Positions 34,590 through 45,856 of a stretch of 64,000 nucleotides of DNA are shown here, piece after piece. Both the position numbers and the translations under genes were made by a program. Under the pieces are notes generated by a model. It ran no database searches and was not told the DNA's origin. It worked only from the letters and a program-made list of their open reading frames with translations. Every line of letters starts with the position of its first letter. The first letter of the stretch is position 1. Location: contig CAVTET010000003.1 in the NCBI GenBank assembly GCA_963733675.1, positions 64,001 through 128,000 on the forward strand, written 5' to 3'. Source of the stretch: an uncultured Methanosarcinaceae archaeon (lineage in GTDB: Archaea > Halobacteriota > Methanosarcinia > Methanosarcinales > Methanosarcinaceae).

Positions 34590-34810
34590 ATAGTAGCTTG
34601 AAAATTTATCTAACTTTCAATGTTAACGATTCAACCTGGTAAAACAATACTGATAGCAATATTTTTCAAAATTCATTGAGTGATATTCGGGAGAATTATT
34701 TTCTTTAGCTGTAAGTTATTGATCATTTTTTTTATTTACCCAGCAGTTAACAATCAGAAGTATCTACTACGCCAAAACAGATCTCACACCTGATATTTTG
34801 TAGACTGACT
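34590..34810. repeat. ~230-bp dispersed repeat, copy 2
   Basis: Similar to 10880-11115. Confidence 0.55.
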
Positions 34811-35977
34811 AGTCACTTTTAATGAATAGTTATGGTTAAATAGACAAAAGAATTCTAAATCGATGTAAATCTGCAGAATGTCGATTCAAAAGTAAATAAA
34901 TTAATTGCGCTTTTACGAAATAATTATGTTTTCAAAAGTTATTGTTTATGCTCAAGTCACTTAAAATTCTATAATCACGGGAAAAAAGAAAACCAAGGAA
35001 AAAAAATTCCCTGAACTCATTTCTTCATTATTTTTCTGCATTTTCCATGGTTTACCTATAAGTTTAAAAAAATAGGTCAAATACATAAATTAGTGAGGAA
35101 ATTTGGACAGGATTCATGGGAAAAAAATAAATGTAAATCGGATTCTTCTAAAAGGTATATAATTAGTCCGCTGACTGAAGTTTAAATAACTAAAATGAAA
35201 CACTGAAAGTATGGAAAAACAGAAAAAGAGGAAATATGAACAAAATTTTATATCACTCAGAATTGTGCCTCTGCAGAGTTGTAGCTCGGTAGTGTGTTGC
35301 CCTTTTCTATTCTTCAAGGGAGCAGACTTATAAAATTGCAGTTTTTTACTGTAAATTTTTTTCTCGGTAGTTATAATAACATAGATTGAGTTCTTACATT
35401 TCTGTAGATTTTTTATGGTTTTAGAGTTTGCTTAAGTTAAAAATTGAATATTTATAATTGAAGTCATTACACACAATATTCACACTTTTAAAATATAATC
35501 TTATACCTCTATTATATTCCAGAGTATCCCAATGCGTGCATTAACTATTGATAGTTCTCAATAAATTCCCATATTTTGTTATATGCTTATAAGGAGAGGA
35601 TAAACATGACTAACCAAGATCAGAGTTTACTGAAGTCCACTATAATAGCTCCGTTTGGCTAGTTTTTGCAAAGAGACGAAGTAACATTATTAGTTGAATA
35701 TGTTGTTAATCTGTTGGGTTGCGTAGTAAATTCAGTGGATTGGATGCCTATTATTCTTTGCTAGAGATTAGAAGTTTTAAGCTTCTTTCTGGTAAAAGAA
35801 GAAATATAATAATCATTCAGCTACAAAAATCAGCTTTTATATGCTTATTTTGAGTTGTTAGAGGTGTGTAATTGATACCCATTCAAAACTTAAATACACA
35901 GTGAATTGTTAAAGATGGGAAAATAACTTAATTTATTCCAAAAGAAAAAAATAAAACCAAAATAAAGAGTTTATAAC

Positions 35978-36538
35978 ATGATCGATCTGATAATTAAAGC
36001 ACTCTGGCTGATGTTTCCAGCTTACATCCCCAATTCCTTTGCAGCTATTTTTGGTGGCGGGAAGCCAATTGATGGAGGTAGGTTTCTAAAGGATGGAAGA
36101 AGAATCATAGGGGATGGAAAGACCTACAGGGGCTTTTTTTCAGGAATTTTTTTTGGAGTTCTTGCAGGCAGTATTCAGATATGGTTCAATTCAAATGGGT
36201 TCGAAATTTTGGGAATTGATGTACCAGCTTTTGGCCAGAACTACATTTACGCACTAAAAGTTGTCTTCGCTCTTTCCTGCGGTTCACTTCTCGGAGATAT
36301 GTTCAAAAGTTTTTTCAAGCGTCGAATGAATCTGAAAAGAGGTGAACCTCTCCCACTTGTAGACCAGCTGGACTTTGTAGTAGGATCTTGGGTTTTCACA
36401 TACCTTATATCCCCAGAATGGTTTGCGAGTAATTTTACTCTCAACGTAATGATAGTAGTCCTTATAATAACACCTCTGCTTCATCTTACCACAAACATAA
36501 TAGGATACTTTATAGGGGTAAAAAAAGAACCCTGGTGA
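35978..36538 (+). CDS. carS: CDP-archaeol synthase
   Basis: PAYIPN, PIDGG..DGRRIIGDGKTYRG, GDMFKSFFKRR, DQLDF and C-terminal KKEPW. Confidence 0.95.
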   Translation: MIDLIIKALWLMFPAYIPNSFAAIFGGGKPIDGGRFLKDGRRIIGDGKTYRGFFSGIFFGVLAGSIQIWFNSNGFEILGIDVPAFGQNYIYALKVVFALSCGSLLGDMFKSFFKRRMNLKRGEPLPLVDQLDFVVGSWVFTYLISPEWFASNFTLNVMIVVLIITPLLHLTTNIIGYFIGVKKEPW

Positions 36539-36673
36539 AATCATTTAAATTAATAAAATATTGAGGTAAAATAATAGGATAAAAATGAATAATGATTCTC
36601 TAAATATTAAGAAAAAATAGATATGATAATTATAATAATTAATGGAGCAACGAAAGCTGCAACAGGTGAGATC

Positions 36674-37237
36674 ATGAGTAAATTAAAACCAGAAACAAAA
36701 AAAGAGTTGGATATTCAAAAAAAGGAACTTATCGAAGCCCTCAAAGCCTGCGGAGCTGTTCAATATGGTAATTTCACTCTGACTTCAGGGAAGAAAACCA
36801 AGTATTATATAGATATCAAAAAAGCCAGTACTGATCCCAAAACCCTGAAGCTTATAGCCAGACAAGCAGCAATCAAGATAGGGGATATGGATGTAAGCGT
36901 AGTTGCAGGGATTGAATTGGGGAGCGTGCCGCTGGCGACAGCAGTTTCGATGGAAACAGAACTTCCATTACTTATAGTTCGTAAGGCTACGAAGGGCTAC
37001 GGCACAAAAAGCAGGTTTGTAGGTGATATTAAACCAAAAGACAAGATTTTAATGGTCGAAGATGTTACTACAACTGGAGGTTCTGTCATAGATGCAATCA
37101 AAATTGTCCGGGAAGCTGGAGCCAGTGTGAAGCATATAATTAGTGTTGTAGACAGAGAAGAAGGGGCAAAGGAAAAGATGAAAGAAGCAGGGGCAGAACT
37201 TTTCCCTCTTCTAAGTGCAAGTGACCTGTTAAATTAA
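36674..37237 (+). CDS. pyrE: orotate phosphoribosyltransferase
   Basis: FTLTSGK..YYID, VRKATKGYG and VEDVTTTGGS; start after AGGTGA. Confidence 0.96.
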   Translation: MSKLKPETKKELDIQKKELIEALKACGAVQYGNFTLTSGKKTKYYIDIKKASTDPKTLKLIARQAAIKIGDMDVSVVAGIELGSVPLATAVSMETELPLLIVRKATKGYGTKSRFVGDIKPKDKILMVEDVTTTGGSVIDAIKIVREAGASVKHIISVVDREEGAKEKMKEAGAELFPLLSASDLLN

Positions 37238-38217
37238 AGTAGTGATACACATTTTTCTATATTGAAGAGATCTAATGAATAAATATAAAAATATATTTTG
37301 CTTCTTTTAAAGATATCTTTGTTTAATAAGTATTGTTAGTTTTTATGTGAATTCTTCTAAATATTGTTTTGATCTTTTTAGAATTTACCTTCGGTCCTTC
37401 TAATTGATTTATTAAGACAATAAAGGATTGTATCAAGACCTGAGTTATAAAGATTCAATAGAATTAAGAATCGAATTATTTAGAAAGTTGTTGCTTTTAA
37501 TGATTGCTATCATTACACGGATCTGAAAATCTTTTGAGTTTTGATTCACTGTTCAGATAGCAATTTTTATTAACTGCTTTGATCTGCTTTTGTCCTTATA
37601 GAGCTCTTTGAGCTTTAAAGAGTTACTAAAAAGTGTTGTAATTTCTGAACATTATTTTAGTAATTTTACATGGAATTTGATCCATTCATTCAATTTGCTG
37701 AAAATGCATTAAATTATGAATGTTTCCAATTATATTTTTGGCAAAAAATCTGGAGAACTTAACTGTTTGAGGAAACGAAAAGCCAAATCCCGAAAAAAAT
37801 TAAAAAACATAATTTAAATATAAATGCGAGTCTAACAATGAGAAGATATTTATTAGAATAAATAGAGATCTATAAATTCTTTCAGTATATTCCAGAGTAT
37901 ATAAGTATTGCTAATCAAAAATACACTGCAATTAATGAAAATATATTCCATAAAACCCACTTGTTACAGATTTATACATGAATATCATCTATTTTCTTAA
38001 TATGACAGTCGCTTAAAAACTATATGGCTTTCAATGAAAAATAGTGAGAAAATAGGCAACCAAATTTTACATGGTTGTACATTTGTGGAGTGTAGGTTAA
38101 AATAATATTGAGAGGTTTTGAGGACTGAAAACTCACTACCTTTTCTTATTTGATTTCTTTATTGACACAGATTATAGCCAATTATAATGTAGTGAAGTAA
38201 TTTTTTTAGAAAGGAGA

Positions 38218-39525
38218 ATGAAAATGAGGATTTTAATTATCGGTGGTGGTGGAAGAGAACACGTAATTGCCGCAGGAATCAAGAGCAGCAAGCATAATCC
38301 CTCCATCTATGCGGTAATGGCAAAAAAAAATCCCGGAATTGCTGCCCTCTGTGAGGATTTTTTGCTTGAGAAGGAAACAGATGTTGAAAAAGTCATTGGA
38401 TATGCAAAATCTAGAAACATAGATATTGCATTTATAGGGCCTGAAGCTCCGCTCGCAGCAGGAATTTCAGATGCCCTCTGGGAAGCCGGAATTTCTGTAA
38501 TTGGGCCTAAAAAAAACTGCGCAATTATCGAGTTTGATAAGGCTTGGGCACGAAATTTCATGAAAAAATATGGAATTGAAGGTTGCCCTACTTATAAAAT
38601 TTTCACAGAGGAAGGACCTGCACATGCTTTTATCAAGAAACTGGGTGATGTTGCAGTCAAACCATCAGGTTTGACAGGAGGTAAAGGGGTAAAAGTTATG
38701 GGGGATCAGCTTCCTGACATTGAAGCTGCCAAGGCTTACACGAGTATGCTTCTTGAGAAAGGATCTGTTGTTATCGAAGAATGCTTAATAGGAGAGGAGT
38801 TCACCCTACAAGCTCTAGTGGATGGAAAAAGCCTTGTTTTCTTCCCTGCAGTGCAGGACCACAAACGAGCCTATGAAGGTGATCTTGGACCTAACACAGG
38901 TGGCATGGGCTCATATACAGATGCAGAGGAGATCTTACCGTTTATGCTATCTGAAGATCTCGAAAAAGCAAAACAAATAATGAAGAGTACTGTAAAGGCA
39001 CTTTACGAGGAAACAAATACGGAATATATGGGTATCCTTTACGGGCAGTTTATCCTTACAGCTAGCGGCCCTATGGTAGTGGAATTCAATGCAAGATTCG
39101 GAGACCCTGAAGCCATGAACATAATTCCCATCATTGAAACAGATTTTGTGGAAATCATGCTTGCAGTGGTTAAAGGAACCCTTGGAAAACTGCCTGTAAA
39201 ATTCAGCAGGAAAGCAACTGTTTGTAAGTATGCAGTTCCTGCAGGATATCCTGATAATCCTGAAAAGGATAGCGAAGTAATTGTAGAGGATCTAGGAGAA
39301 GCTTTGGTCTATTATGCTAGTGTTTATGAGAAAGGCGGGAAAATTTATACTACTGGCTCTCGTGCTGTTGCGATCGTGGGATGTGCGGAAACTATAGATG
39401 CAGCTGAAAAAATTGCCCAAAATGCTCTTGAAAATATTCGTGGCAATCTTTTCTTCCGAAAAGACATTGGAACTGCTGCTTTAATTCAGAAAAGAATCGA
39501 TCATATGAAAGAACTTAGAAGCTGA
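38218..39525 (+). CDS. purD: phosphoribosylamine--glycine ligase
   Basis: [31 protein letters not shown] and [10 protein letters not shown] motifs. Confidence 0.97.
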   Translation: MKMRILIIGGGGREHVIAAGIKSSKHNPSIYAVMAKKNPGIAALCEDFLLEKETDVEKVIGYAKSRNIDIAFIGPEAPLAAGISDALWEAGISVIGPKKNCAIIEFDKAWARNFMKKYGIEGCPTYKIFTEEGPAHAFIKKLGDVAVKPSGLTGGKGVKVMGDQLPDIEAAKAYTSMLLEKGSVVIEECLIGEEFTLQALVDGKSLVFFPAVQDHKRAYEGDLGPNTGGMGSYTDAEEILPFMLSEDLEKAKQIMKSTVKALYEETNTEYMGILYGQFILTASGPMVVEFNARFGDPEAMNIIPIIETDFVEIMLAVVKGTLGKLPVKFSRKATVCKYAVPAGYPDNPEKDSEVIVEDLGEALVYYASVYEKGGKIYTTGSRAVAIVGCAETIDAAEKIAQNALENIRGNLFFRKDIGTAALIQKRIDHMKELRS

Positions 39526-39619
39526 CTGTTTCAAAAATTATACAAACGTACGGCTTTCAAATATAGTACTATGTGGTAATATAAAGTTATAATTCAGCCA
39601 GAACCAAGTCGGGGTTGAA

Positions 39620-40531
39620 ATGATGAAGAGAGATATACTTTCGATAACTGATCTGTCCAGGGAGGATATATACGAAATCCTTGAATCAGCTGCGGACCTG
39701 AAGGAAAAGCGCAAGTCAGGAGAGTCTACTGAGTACTTGAAGAACAAGAGTCTGGGAATGATTTTCGAAAAATCCTCTACTAGGACCAGGGTATCTTTTG
39801 AGGTAGCTATGACAGATTTCGGAGGTCATTCTCTTTACCTGAATCCCAACGATATTCAGGTGGGAAGAGGCGAAACTATTGAGGATACCGCAAAAACTCT
39901 TTCCGGTTACCTTCATGGATTAATAGCCAGGGTCATGAGTCACGAAACAGTAACTAAACTGGCCAACTACTCAACTATACCTGTAATCAATGCGCTTTCT
40001 GACAGGGAACACCCCTGTCAAATCCTGGGCGATTTCATGACCATTATGGAGTACAAAAACAGGTTTAAAGGCCTAAAATTTGCCTGGATAGGAGATGGAA
40101 ACAATGTTTGCAACTCAGCTTTACTTGGTTCTGCAATCGTGGAAATGGAATTTACAGTAGCCTGCCCGAAGGAATATAGACCAAAAACAGAATTTCTTGA
40201 AAAGGCAAAATTCCTCGGAGGCAAATTCAAGATCACAGATGACCCTAAAATTGCAGCAAAGGATGCAGACATTATCTATACGGATGTATGGATTTCTATG
40301 GGTGACGAAGCCGAACAGGAAAAACGACTGAGAGATTTTGCTTCTTACCAAGTAAACACCAAGCTCCTTAGCTTTGCAAAGCCTGACGTAATGGTTATGC
40401 ACTGTTTGCCAGCAAGAAGAGGCCTCGAAATTACAGACGAAGTGATGGATGGCCCGAACTCAACGATCTTTGAACAGGCAGAAAACCGCTTGCATTCTCA
40501 AAAAGCCCTTATCCTGAAATTGATGGGATGA
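39620..40531 (+). CDS. argF: ornithine carbamoyltransferase
   Basis: [28 protein letters not shown] and HCLPA motifs. Confidence 0.97.
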   Translation: MMKRDILSITDLSREDIYEILESAADLKEKRKSGESTEYLKNKSLGMIFEKSSTRTRVSFEVAMTDFGGHSLYLNPNDIQVGRGETIEDTAKTLSGYLHGLIARVMSHETVTKLANYSTIPVINALSDREHPCQILGDFMTIMEYKNRFKGLKFAWIGDGNNVCNSALLGSAIVEMEFTVACPKEYRPKTEFLEKAKFLGGKFKITDDPKIAAKDADIIYTDVWISMGDEAEQEKRLRDFASYQVNTKLLSFAKPDVMVMHCLPARRGLEITDEVMDGPNSTIFEQAENRLHSQKALILKLMG

Positions 40532-40736
40532 ATTATTTCATCAATTTCTAACTCCGTCATAAATTCCCATAAACTTCCTAGCACCTATTTTTGGATTTTA
40601 GTTTTAAAATCTGTTTCCAGGAGAATAAAAATTATATGGAAGTCCAGGATATATTTAGTCTTCAGAAAAGGTTTTCAAGGATAAAGTATAAGAACAAATA
40701 GCAATACTATTGCTGCTGCAAAATGAGTTCTATTCT

Positions 40737-40776
40737 GCGATGGTTGGTCGGCCAATCAATGGTGATGGATTCAGAA
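40737..40776 (+). pseudogene. decayed 5' half of tRNA-Leu
   Basis: GCGATGGTTGGTCGGCCAATCAATGGTGATGGATTCAGA aligns with the first ~40 nt of the tRNA at 40822. Confidence 0.45.
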
Positions 40777-40821
40777 TTGAACATAGAAAATCATATTTTT
40801 TTAAAAAAGTAACCTCAATGT

Positions 40822-40906
40822 GCGAGGATTGCCCAGCTAGGTCAAAGGCGATAGGTTCAGAGCCTATTCTCGTAGGAGTTCGTGCGTTCGAATCGCACTC
40901 CTCGCA
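40822..40906 (+). tRNA. tRNA-Leu(CAG)
   Basis: Acceptor GCGAGGA/TCCTCGC-A, anticodon arm ATAGG-TTCAGAG-CCTAT, long variable arm, T arm GTGCG-TTCGAAT-CGCAC; CCA not encoded. Confidence 0.96.
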
Positions 40907-41221
40907 CTAAACTTTCCCCTTTCTGCAAGTTATATCTGAAAAGATGTGATTTCGTCATTATCAAAGCCTTCCTCTGAACATCCTCAAACCTGATAAAATC
41001 TGTCCCCTTCCTTATATCCGTAAAATTTCATACGGAATCTCAAATTTTTTCAGTTCGCATCCCAATCTGTATCATTTATCAAAAGTTTCTTCTTCACATT
41101 CAGTTAACTCACTCAAGATTTCTTCATAATTGTTTCATAATTTGGTAGATCTGCTTCATCTATTGTTAGAATTTCATTTGTCTTATAATTTTCAGGGGCT
41201 ATGGATCTCCATCTTTGAATA

Positions 41222-41530
41222 TTATTCCAATTTTTGACACTCTTTCACTTCCCTCTCTTCTCTGTCAATATTCCCTCTGTCGTATCCAATTAGGTAGGCT
41301 TGGGTAAGGAATTTCCGAAGTTCAATTTTATTTAGGGATATATACTCTTCAAAATCGAAATTTATTAACTCATCCAATACCTCTTTAGATTTTGGAGGCA
41401 ATTTTTCTGTCAGTGCAATCACATTCAACGTCATGAAAGTATCTTGATCCATTATAAACGCCCTCTGAATATTATTCTTAACTCTTTTTTGTATGTTCCC
41501 TTCGCAACTTTCCCTGAAGCAATTTTGCAA
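41222..41530 (-). CDS. hypothetical protein, remnant of an integrated element (true start probably MDQDTF)
   Basis: Short ORF beside the tRNA 3' end among decayed minus-strand frames. Confidence 0.35.
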   Translation of the reverse strand: MQNCFRESCEGNIQKRVKNNIQRAFIMDQDTFMTLNVIALTEKLPPKSKEVLDELINFDFEEYISLNKIELRKFLTQAYLIGYDRGNIDREEREVKECQKLE

Positions 41531-42075
41531 CCCTGCGAAGTTTGAGGCCTTGGGGAATCATAGGCTTTGAGGGATAATTAAAGCTATTCCAAGATGTTTG
41601 AAGATAAAACGAAGATAGCTGAAATGTCAACCATAATAAGATTGACATTTAAATTGACTATTTTAGTATGTTATATTAGAGACTGAATAAAGCTTTTTTG
41701 AAAAGAAGACGGTCCGGATAAAATCAAACAGCTACTGTTTTACGTCAAATTTTAATAAAAGTATAAGATATAATTCCAATATTATATCCCCTTTATTTCC
41801 GTTGACCGTTTATTTTTAGAATGAGAAGGTGTTTTCATATGAAGATTTGCGCACTTTTGATATATAAATCAAGTACTAATAATATATTATAGTTAAAAAA
41901 TAAAATTTAGAAATGTATGAATTTAATACTATTGGTTTTGTACTTCAAATGCTTAAATTCTAGGTATAAAGAAAAGTTATAAAGATATTGGCTTACTTCC
42001 CTATGAGTTCTTGCGTCTAAATCCTATCTTTTGATGGAGCTGAGATATTCGTAACATTTTATCTATTATCGAGGT

Positions 42076-42931
42076 GGTTCCGTTGCAAAAATTTCAAAAT
42101 AAGCATGTAAATCTATGAGTAATGAATAAAAATCAAAATATTCAAAGAAAATGTACTAACATTATGAAACTATACCAAGCAATTAATTAATGTATTTGAC
42201 TTCATTAAGAACAGAGTAATTTAAATTATTGACTTATCTTTTTTAATCATATTCATAGCTTCAATTCCTTTTAAAGTATTATTAGCAGATAGAAAATACT
42301 GAAATCCTAACATTGGATTAACGATTTGCTTTAGAGATCTATGATCTTGTTCTATAATGTTATTCAAATACTTGATTTGTCGAATACCTACGTTTTTAGG
42401 TAGTATTTTTATCAATTTTTAGTTTATCTATAGCAGGTGGATAAGCTGGATTCTTATCAACGGTTATTAATCTTGGAATTTGATTATGATTAGAACTTAA
42501 AGCTTTCTTAAAGAATCTCTTCGCTGCCTTTCTATCTCGTTTTGAACTTAACATGAAAGCAATTGTATCTCCATTTGAGTCAACTGCTCGGTAAAAATAT
42601 TTCCATTTACCTTTTACTTTGATATAGGTTTCATCAACTCTCCACGAATAATTTGTTGGTCTTAAATGTCTTCTTATCTTCTTTTCTATTTCAGGGGAAT
42701 ATTGATGTACCCATCTCATGATTGTTGTATGGTCGACTTTTACTCCCCTTTCTGCCATCATTTCCTTTAAATTTCTATAACTTAATGCATATTTTAAGTA
42801 CCATCTTACATTCAATAAGATAATTTCCCCTTCATAATGCTTCCATTTAAAGGAATTAGATAGCATGTTACTATCTTTGGTTTTCTTTTTATTCTATTGT
42901 ATCATTAGAAAGGATTTTTTGCAACGGAACC
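42076..42931 (-). mobile_element. IS6-family element, second copy, frameshifted transposase
   Basis: TIRs GGTTCCGTTGCAAAAA at both ends; ORFs 42396-42866 and 42221-42415 match the 18541 transposase; no TSD. Confidence 0.95.
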
Positions 42932-42932
42932 A

Positions 42933-43403
42933 GATTTCGTTTACGAGATTAAAATTCGGAGTCAAGCCAAAAAGCCAAAAGATCTGAACATAAAAGAACG
43001 GGTTGACTTCGCTTTTGACAGTCTTAAGGACATTGTGGGAAGGGTCTGGATTTATGTGATTATTGGAGTCACTCTAGGAGGGATTTTCCACGGATATGCC
43101 CCCGAAGGCATCCTCGCAAAATACGCAGGCAAAGGCAATTTGCTTGCCGTTCCGATTGCGGTTATTATCCGGATACCTCTTTACTCGAACGTTATAACTA
43201 TGATTCCTATCGTTGAAAGCTTGATTGAGAAAGGTCTTCCAATAGGAACTGCCCTTGCCTTCCTTATGTCGGTCAGTGGTATTTCCCTTCCCGAAATTAT
43301 AATCCTGAAAAAAGTGCTTAAAAACAAGCTGATCGGAGTTTTTGTTTTAACTATTACGATATCTATCATTTTTATGGGATATCTATTTAACATTATTCTA
43401 TGA
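42933..43403 (+). pseudogene. 5'-truncated DUF318/ArsP-type permease
   Basis: GIFHGYAP, PLYSN, GTALAFLMS..SLPE motifs; the frame is open right up to the IS6 terminus (DFVYEIK...). Confidence 0.85.
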
Positions 43404-43478
43404 AATCAAAGTGTTCTGAAGTTTGAAAAAAAGTATCAAGAACAAAAACAATAGGAAATAAAACACGAGGCCAAAGAT

Positions 43479-43712
43479 ATGAAAATTGAAATTCTTGGAA
43501 CCGGCTGTTCAAAATGTAATAAAACAAAGGAAGTTGTTGAAAAAGCATTGAAGAATAGCGGTGTTGAAGCTGAAATAGTCAAAGTAGAGGACGTTGAAAC
43601 GATCCTTAACTACGGAGTCATGATCACCCCCGCCGTTGTCATTGATGGGGATGTGAAATTGGTGGGCAAAGTCCCGGACGAAAAAGAAGTTAAAAAGTGG
43701 ATCACTGAATAA
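43479..43712 (+). CDS. small redox-active disulfide protein (MTH895-like thioredoxin)
   Basis: MKIEILGTGCSKC..YGVMITPAVVIDG. Confidence 0.92.
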   Translation: MKIEILGTGCSKCNKTKEVVEKALKNSGVEAEIVKVEDVETILNYGVMITPAVVIDGDVKLVGKVPDEKEVKKWITE

Positions 43713-44199
43713 AAGAAATTAATTAATTTTTTGGCTCATCATCACATAAAAGGGGCACTTTTTATGATAAAATTACAATATAAATAAATGTTACTATGAC
43801 TCAATTCCATAATCCAGTGATTTCACTATTTTCTTTTCATTGGGTCTTGGTCAGCACTGAAGGGTAAATTGGATCAATATACCGCTATTTCCGCCTCGTT
43901 CTGTAAATCCTATATTGGAGCTTACTTGACCTCCACTGCAGCATAAATTTTTTGCTTGAGGTCGGCAGGAATCAAGCTAAACATATTGATGCTCAAGACA
44001 GACTTTCAACTACTTAGCTATTCTCAATAATGGAAATAAAAATTAAAAAAATTAAATATGTATATGACAAATTTTATCGAAAATTATGCATGCTACCAAA
44101 TTGAGCGGTTTACAGAAAGTTCTATAAAAAGTTTTGTAGTACATATTGACTAGGTATCCTTTTCTTTCAGCACAAAAAAACTAGATGTAGAACCAATAG

Positions 44200-44442
44200 T
44201 TATGGTTCGTTCATACCTGATTCGTTCATCATGCCTGATTCATTCATCATACTTGATCCATTCATCATTCTTGATCCATTCATCATGCTTGATCCATTCA
44301 TCATGCTTGATCCATTTATCACGCCTGATTCGTTCGTGACTGGTCCTTGTCCGCTTGCCACAACAGTTGTCACTGATATTAAGAAGCTTACTACTATCAA
44401 AAAGATAATTGTCTTTTTACTATGGTTAAATTTAGTACCCAT
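44200..44442 (-). CDS. small secreted Met/Asn/Ser-repeat protein
   Basis: Basic then hydrophobic signal peptide followed by about seven hexapeptide repeats; GGAG upstream. Confidence 0.7.
   Translation of the reverse strand: MGTKFNHSKKTIIFLIVVSFLISVTTVVASGQGPVTNESGVINGSSMMNGSSMMNGSRMMNGSSMMNESGMMNESGMNEP
44207..44334. repeat. 18-bp tandem repeat (about seven units)
   Basis: TTCATCATGCTTGATCCA units and variants. Confidence 0.9.
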
Positions 44443-45301
44443 ACGAAAAACTCTCCTAGTATTATTTAGTAATTTTTACATATCCCACATTTACTAGAGC
44501 TTAATACTATTATGTAGGCATTTACATGCACTGAATAAAAATTACTTCTATAATTCTTAAAATTAATTATAAGAAAAATAATTTCTGAATAAAAATTACT
44601 TTCACATAAAATGTTTTAAAATCGGACAACAATTTAATATTAAATATGTTTTGTATTCATTCTGGAGACTTTTAGTCATCGATCAAATCTGAAAAATGAT
44701 TGATACTCAATATTTTTGGGAAATGGTATAGAGAGTCTAATGCATACGATTTTCAATAACTCACGGACATTTACCTATTTTTCCAGTTTTTTTACGTTAC
44801 ATTTTAGTGAAATTGTTAAAGAAAACACTATATAGTATCTTTCAATAGATTCAAAATAACAAAACTAATGTATTAAGGAAAAGGCATAAGGTTTTGACAG
44901 AGATAAATCATCGTTAACTCGCGAGGAACTATATCGTGTGTATACTCATCATGGATAATTGATTTAATATATTGGGAAGTAAAAAGGTGACGATTTGAGA
45001 GACTTGCATTAGTTTGCTATTTTTAGCATTGCTTTTATATATATATTGGCGTATACATAATTGAATGCATGTGGGTGAATATTGTAAAGTGTGTTTTAAT
45101 AATTTTTGTTGCATTTGCCATTATTTAGGTGTGTTTTACGGTGGGTGACAACATGAAAGTGTTGTTTTAACTCTTATTTTTCTATTAAAAAAATTCGGAA
45201 AAAACTTGAGGTTCAAGGAAATCTCACTACTTTTGAAAATATATATTCTACATGCATTATTTTACATAGTTATATTAAATTGGCTGAAGTATAAATCGTG
45301 T

Positions 45302-45387
45302 GCGAGAGTAGCCCAGTTAGGTCCAATACATCAAATTTAAAGTCTGTCTTGTAGGAGTTCTGTGTTCAAATCACACCTCTCGCACCA
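45302..45387 (+). pseudogene. tRNA-Leu pseudogene (TAA-like loop)
   Basis: Acceptor GCGAGAG/CTCTCGC-A-CCA, T arm TGTG-TTCAAAT-CACA and variable arm GTAGGAG; D and anticodon stems broken. Confidence 0.75.
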
Positions 45388-45403
45388 AATAGGAGTTGAG
45401 ATT

Positions 45404-45553
45404 ATGGAAGAAACAATTTGATATCCTTCTAAACGGAAATGTAAATGTCCCCACTGTGAAACAACTAACACATGTTCTGTGCCTCAGAAAGATCTTGTGT
45501 GCACAGAATATGGAAAAGCATTTGCGGTTTCTGTAGTGCATACAGAAGAATGA
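45404..45553 (+). pseudogene. small zinc-ribbon protein pseudogene
   Basis: MEETI*..KCKCPHCE..LVCTEYGKAF after AGGAG; internal TGA. Confidence 0.45.
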
Positions 45554-45590
45554 TTAAGCCATATATAAAAGAAATCTAATTTGTTGTCAG

Positions 45591-45681
45591 TAGGACTTAC
45601 ACGGTTGAGCTGAAAAATCAATAATACTAAACCACAGTATTAAATTGTACTTAATATTATATCTCAAGTGCGTAAGTCCTA
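45591..45681. repeat. 91-bp MITE
   Basis: TIR TAGGACTTACACGGTTGAG...CTCAAGTGCGTAAGTCCTA. Confidence 0.75.
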
Positions 45682-45856
45682 AAAATAGTATATTTTCTCA
45701 ATATTATTTGAGAAACAAAGGAATCAAATATTTTTATTTTAAAAAAATGAAATATGTTTCAATTTTGGTCAGGCAACTTCGTTGAAAATGAACAGCGAAT
45801 TGAAGAAAATGGGCATCTTCCACAATACCCCTAATAAGGATAAATCCTTAAAGTCC

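Noticed and set aside
37260-38200. Possible decayed gene between pyrE and purD
   Set aside because: No recognisable motif in any frame I read, so a call cannot be supported
44207-44334. CRISPR array
   Set aside because: 18-bp units are contiguous with no unique spacers and encode an in-frame peptide repeat; no cas genes
45340-45387. attR duplicate of tRNA-Leu(CAG) defining a 4.4-kb island
   Set aside because: The copy is full length with a different, self-complementary acceptor stem rather than an identical 3' fragment
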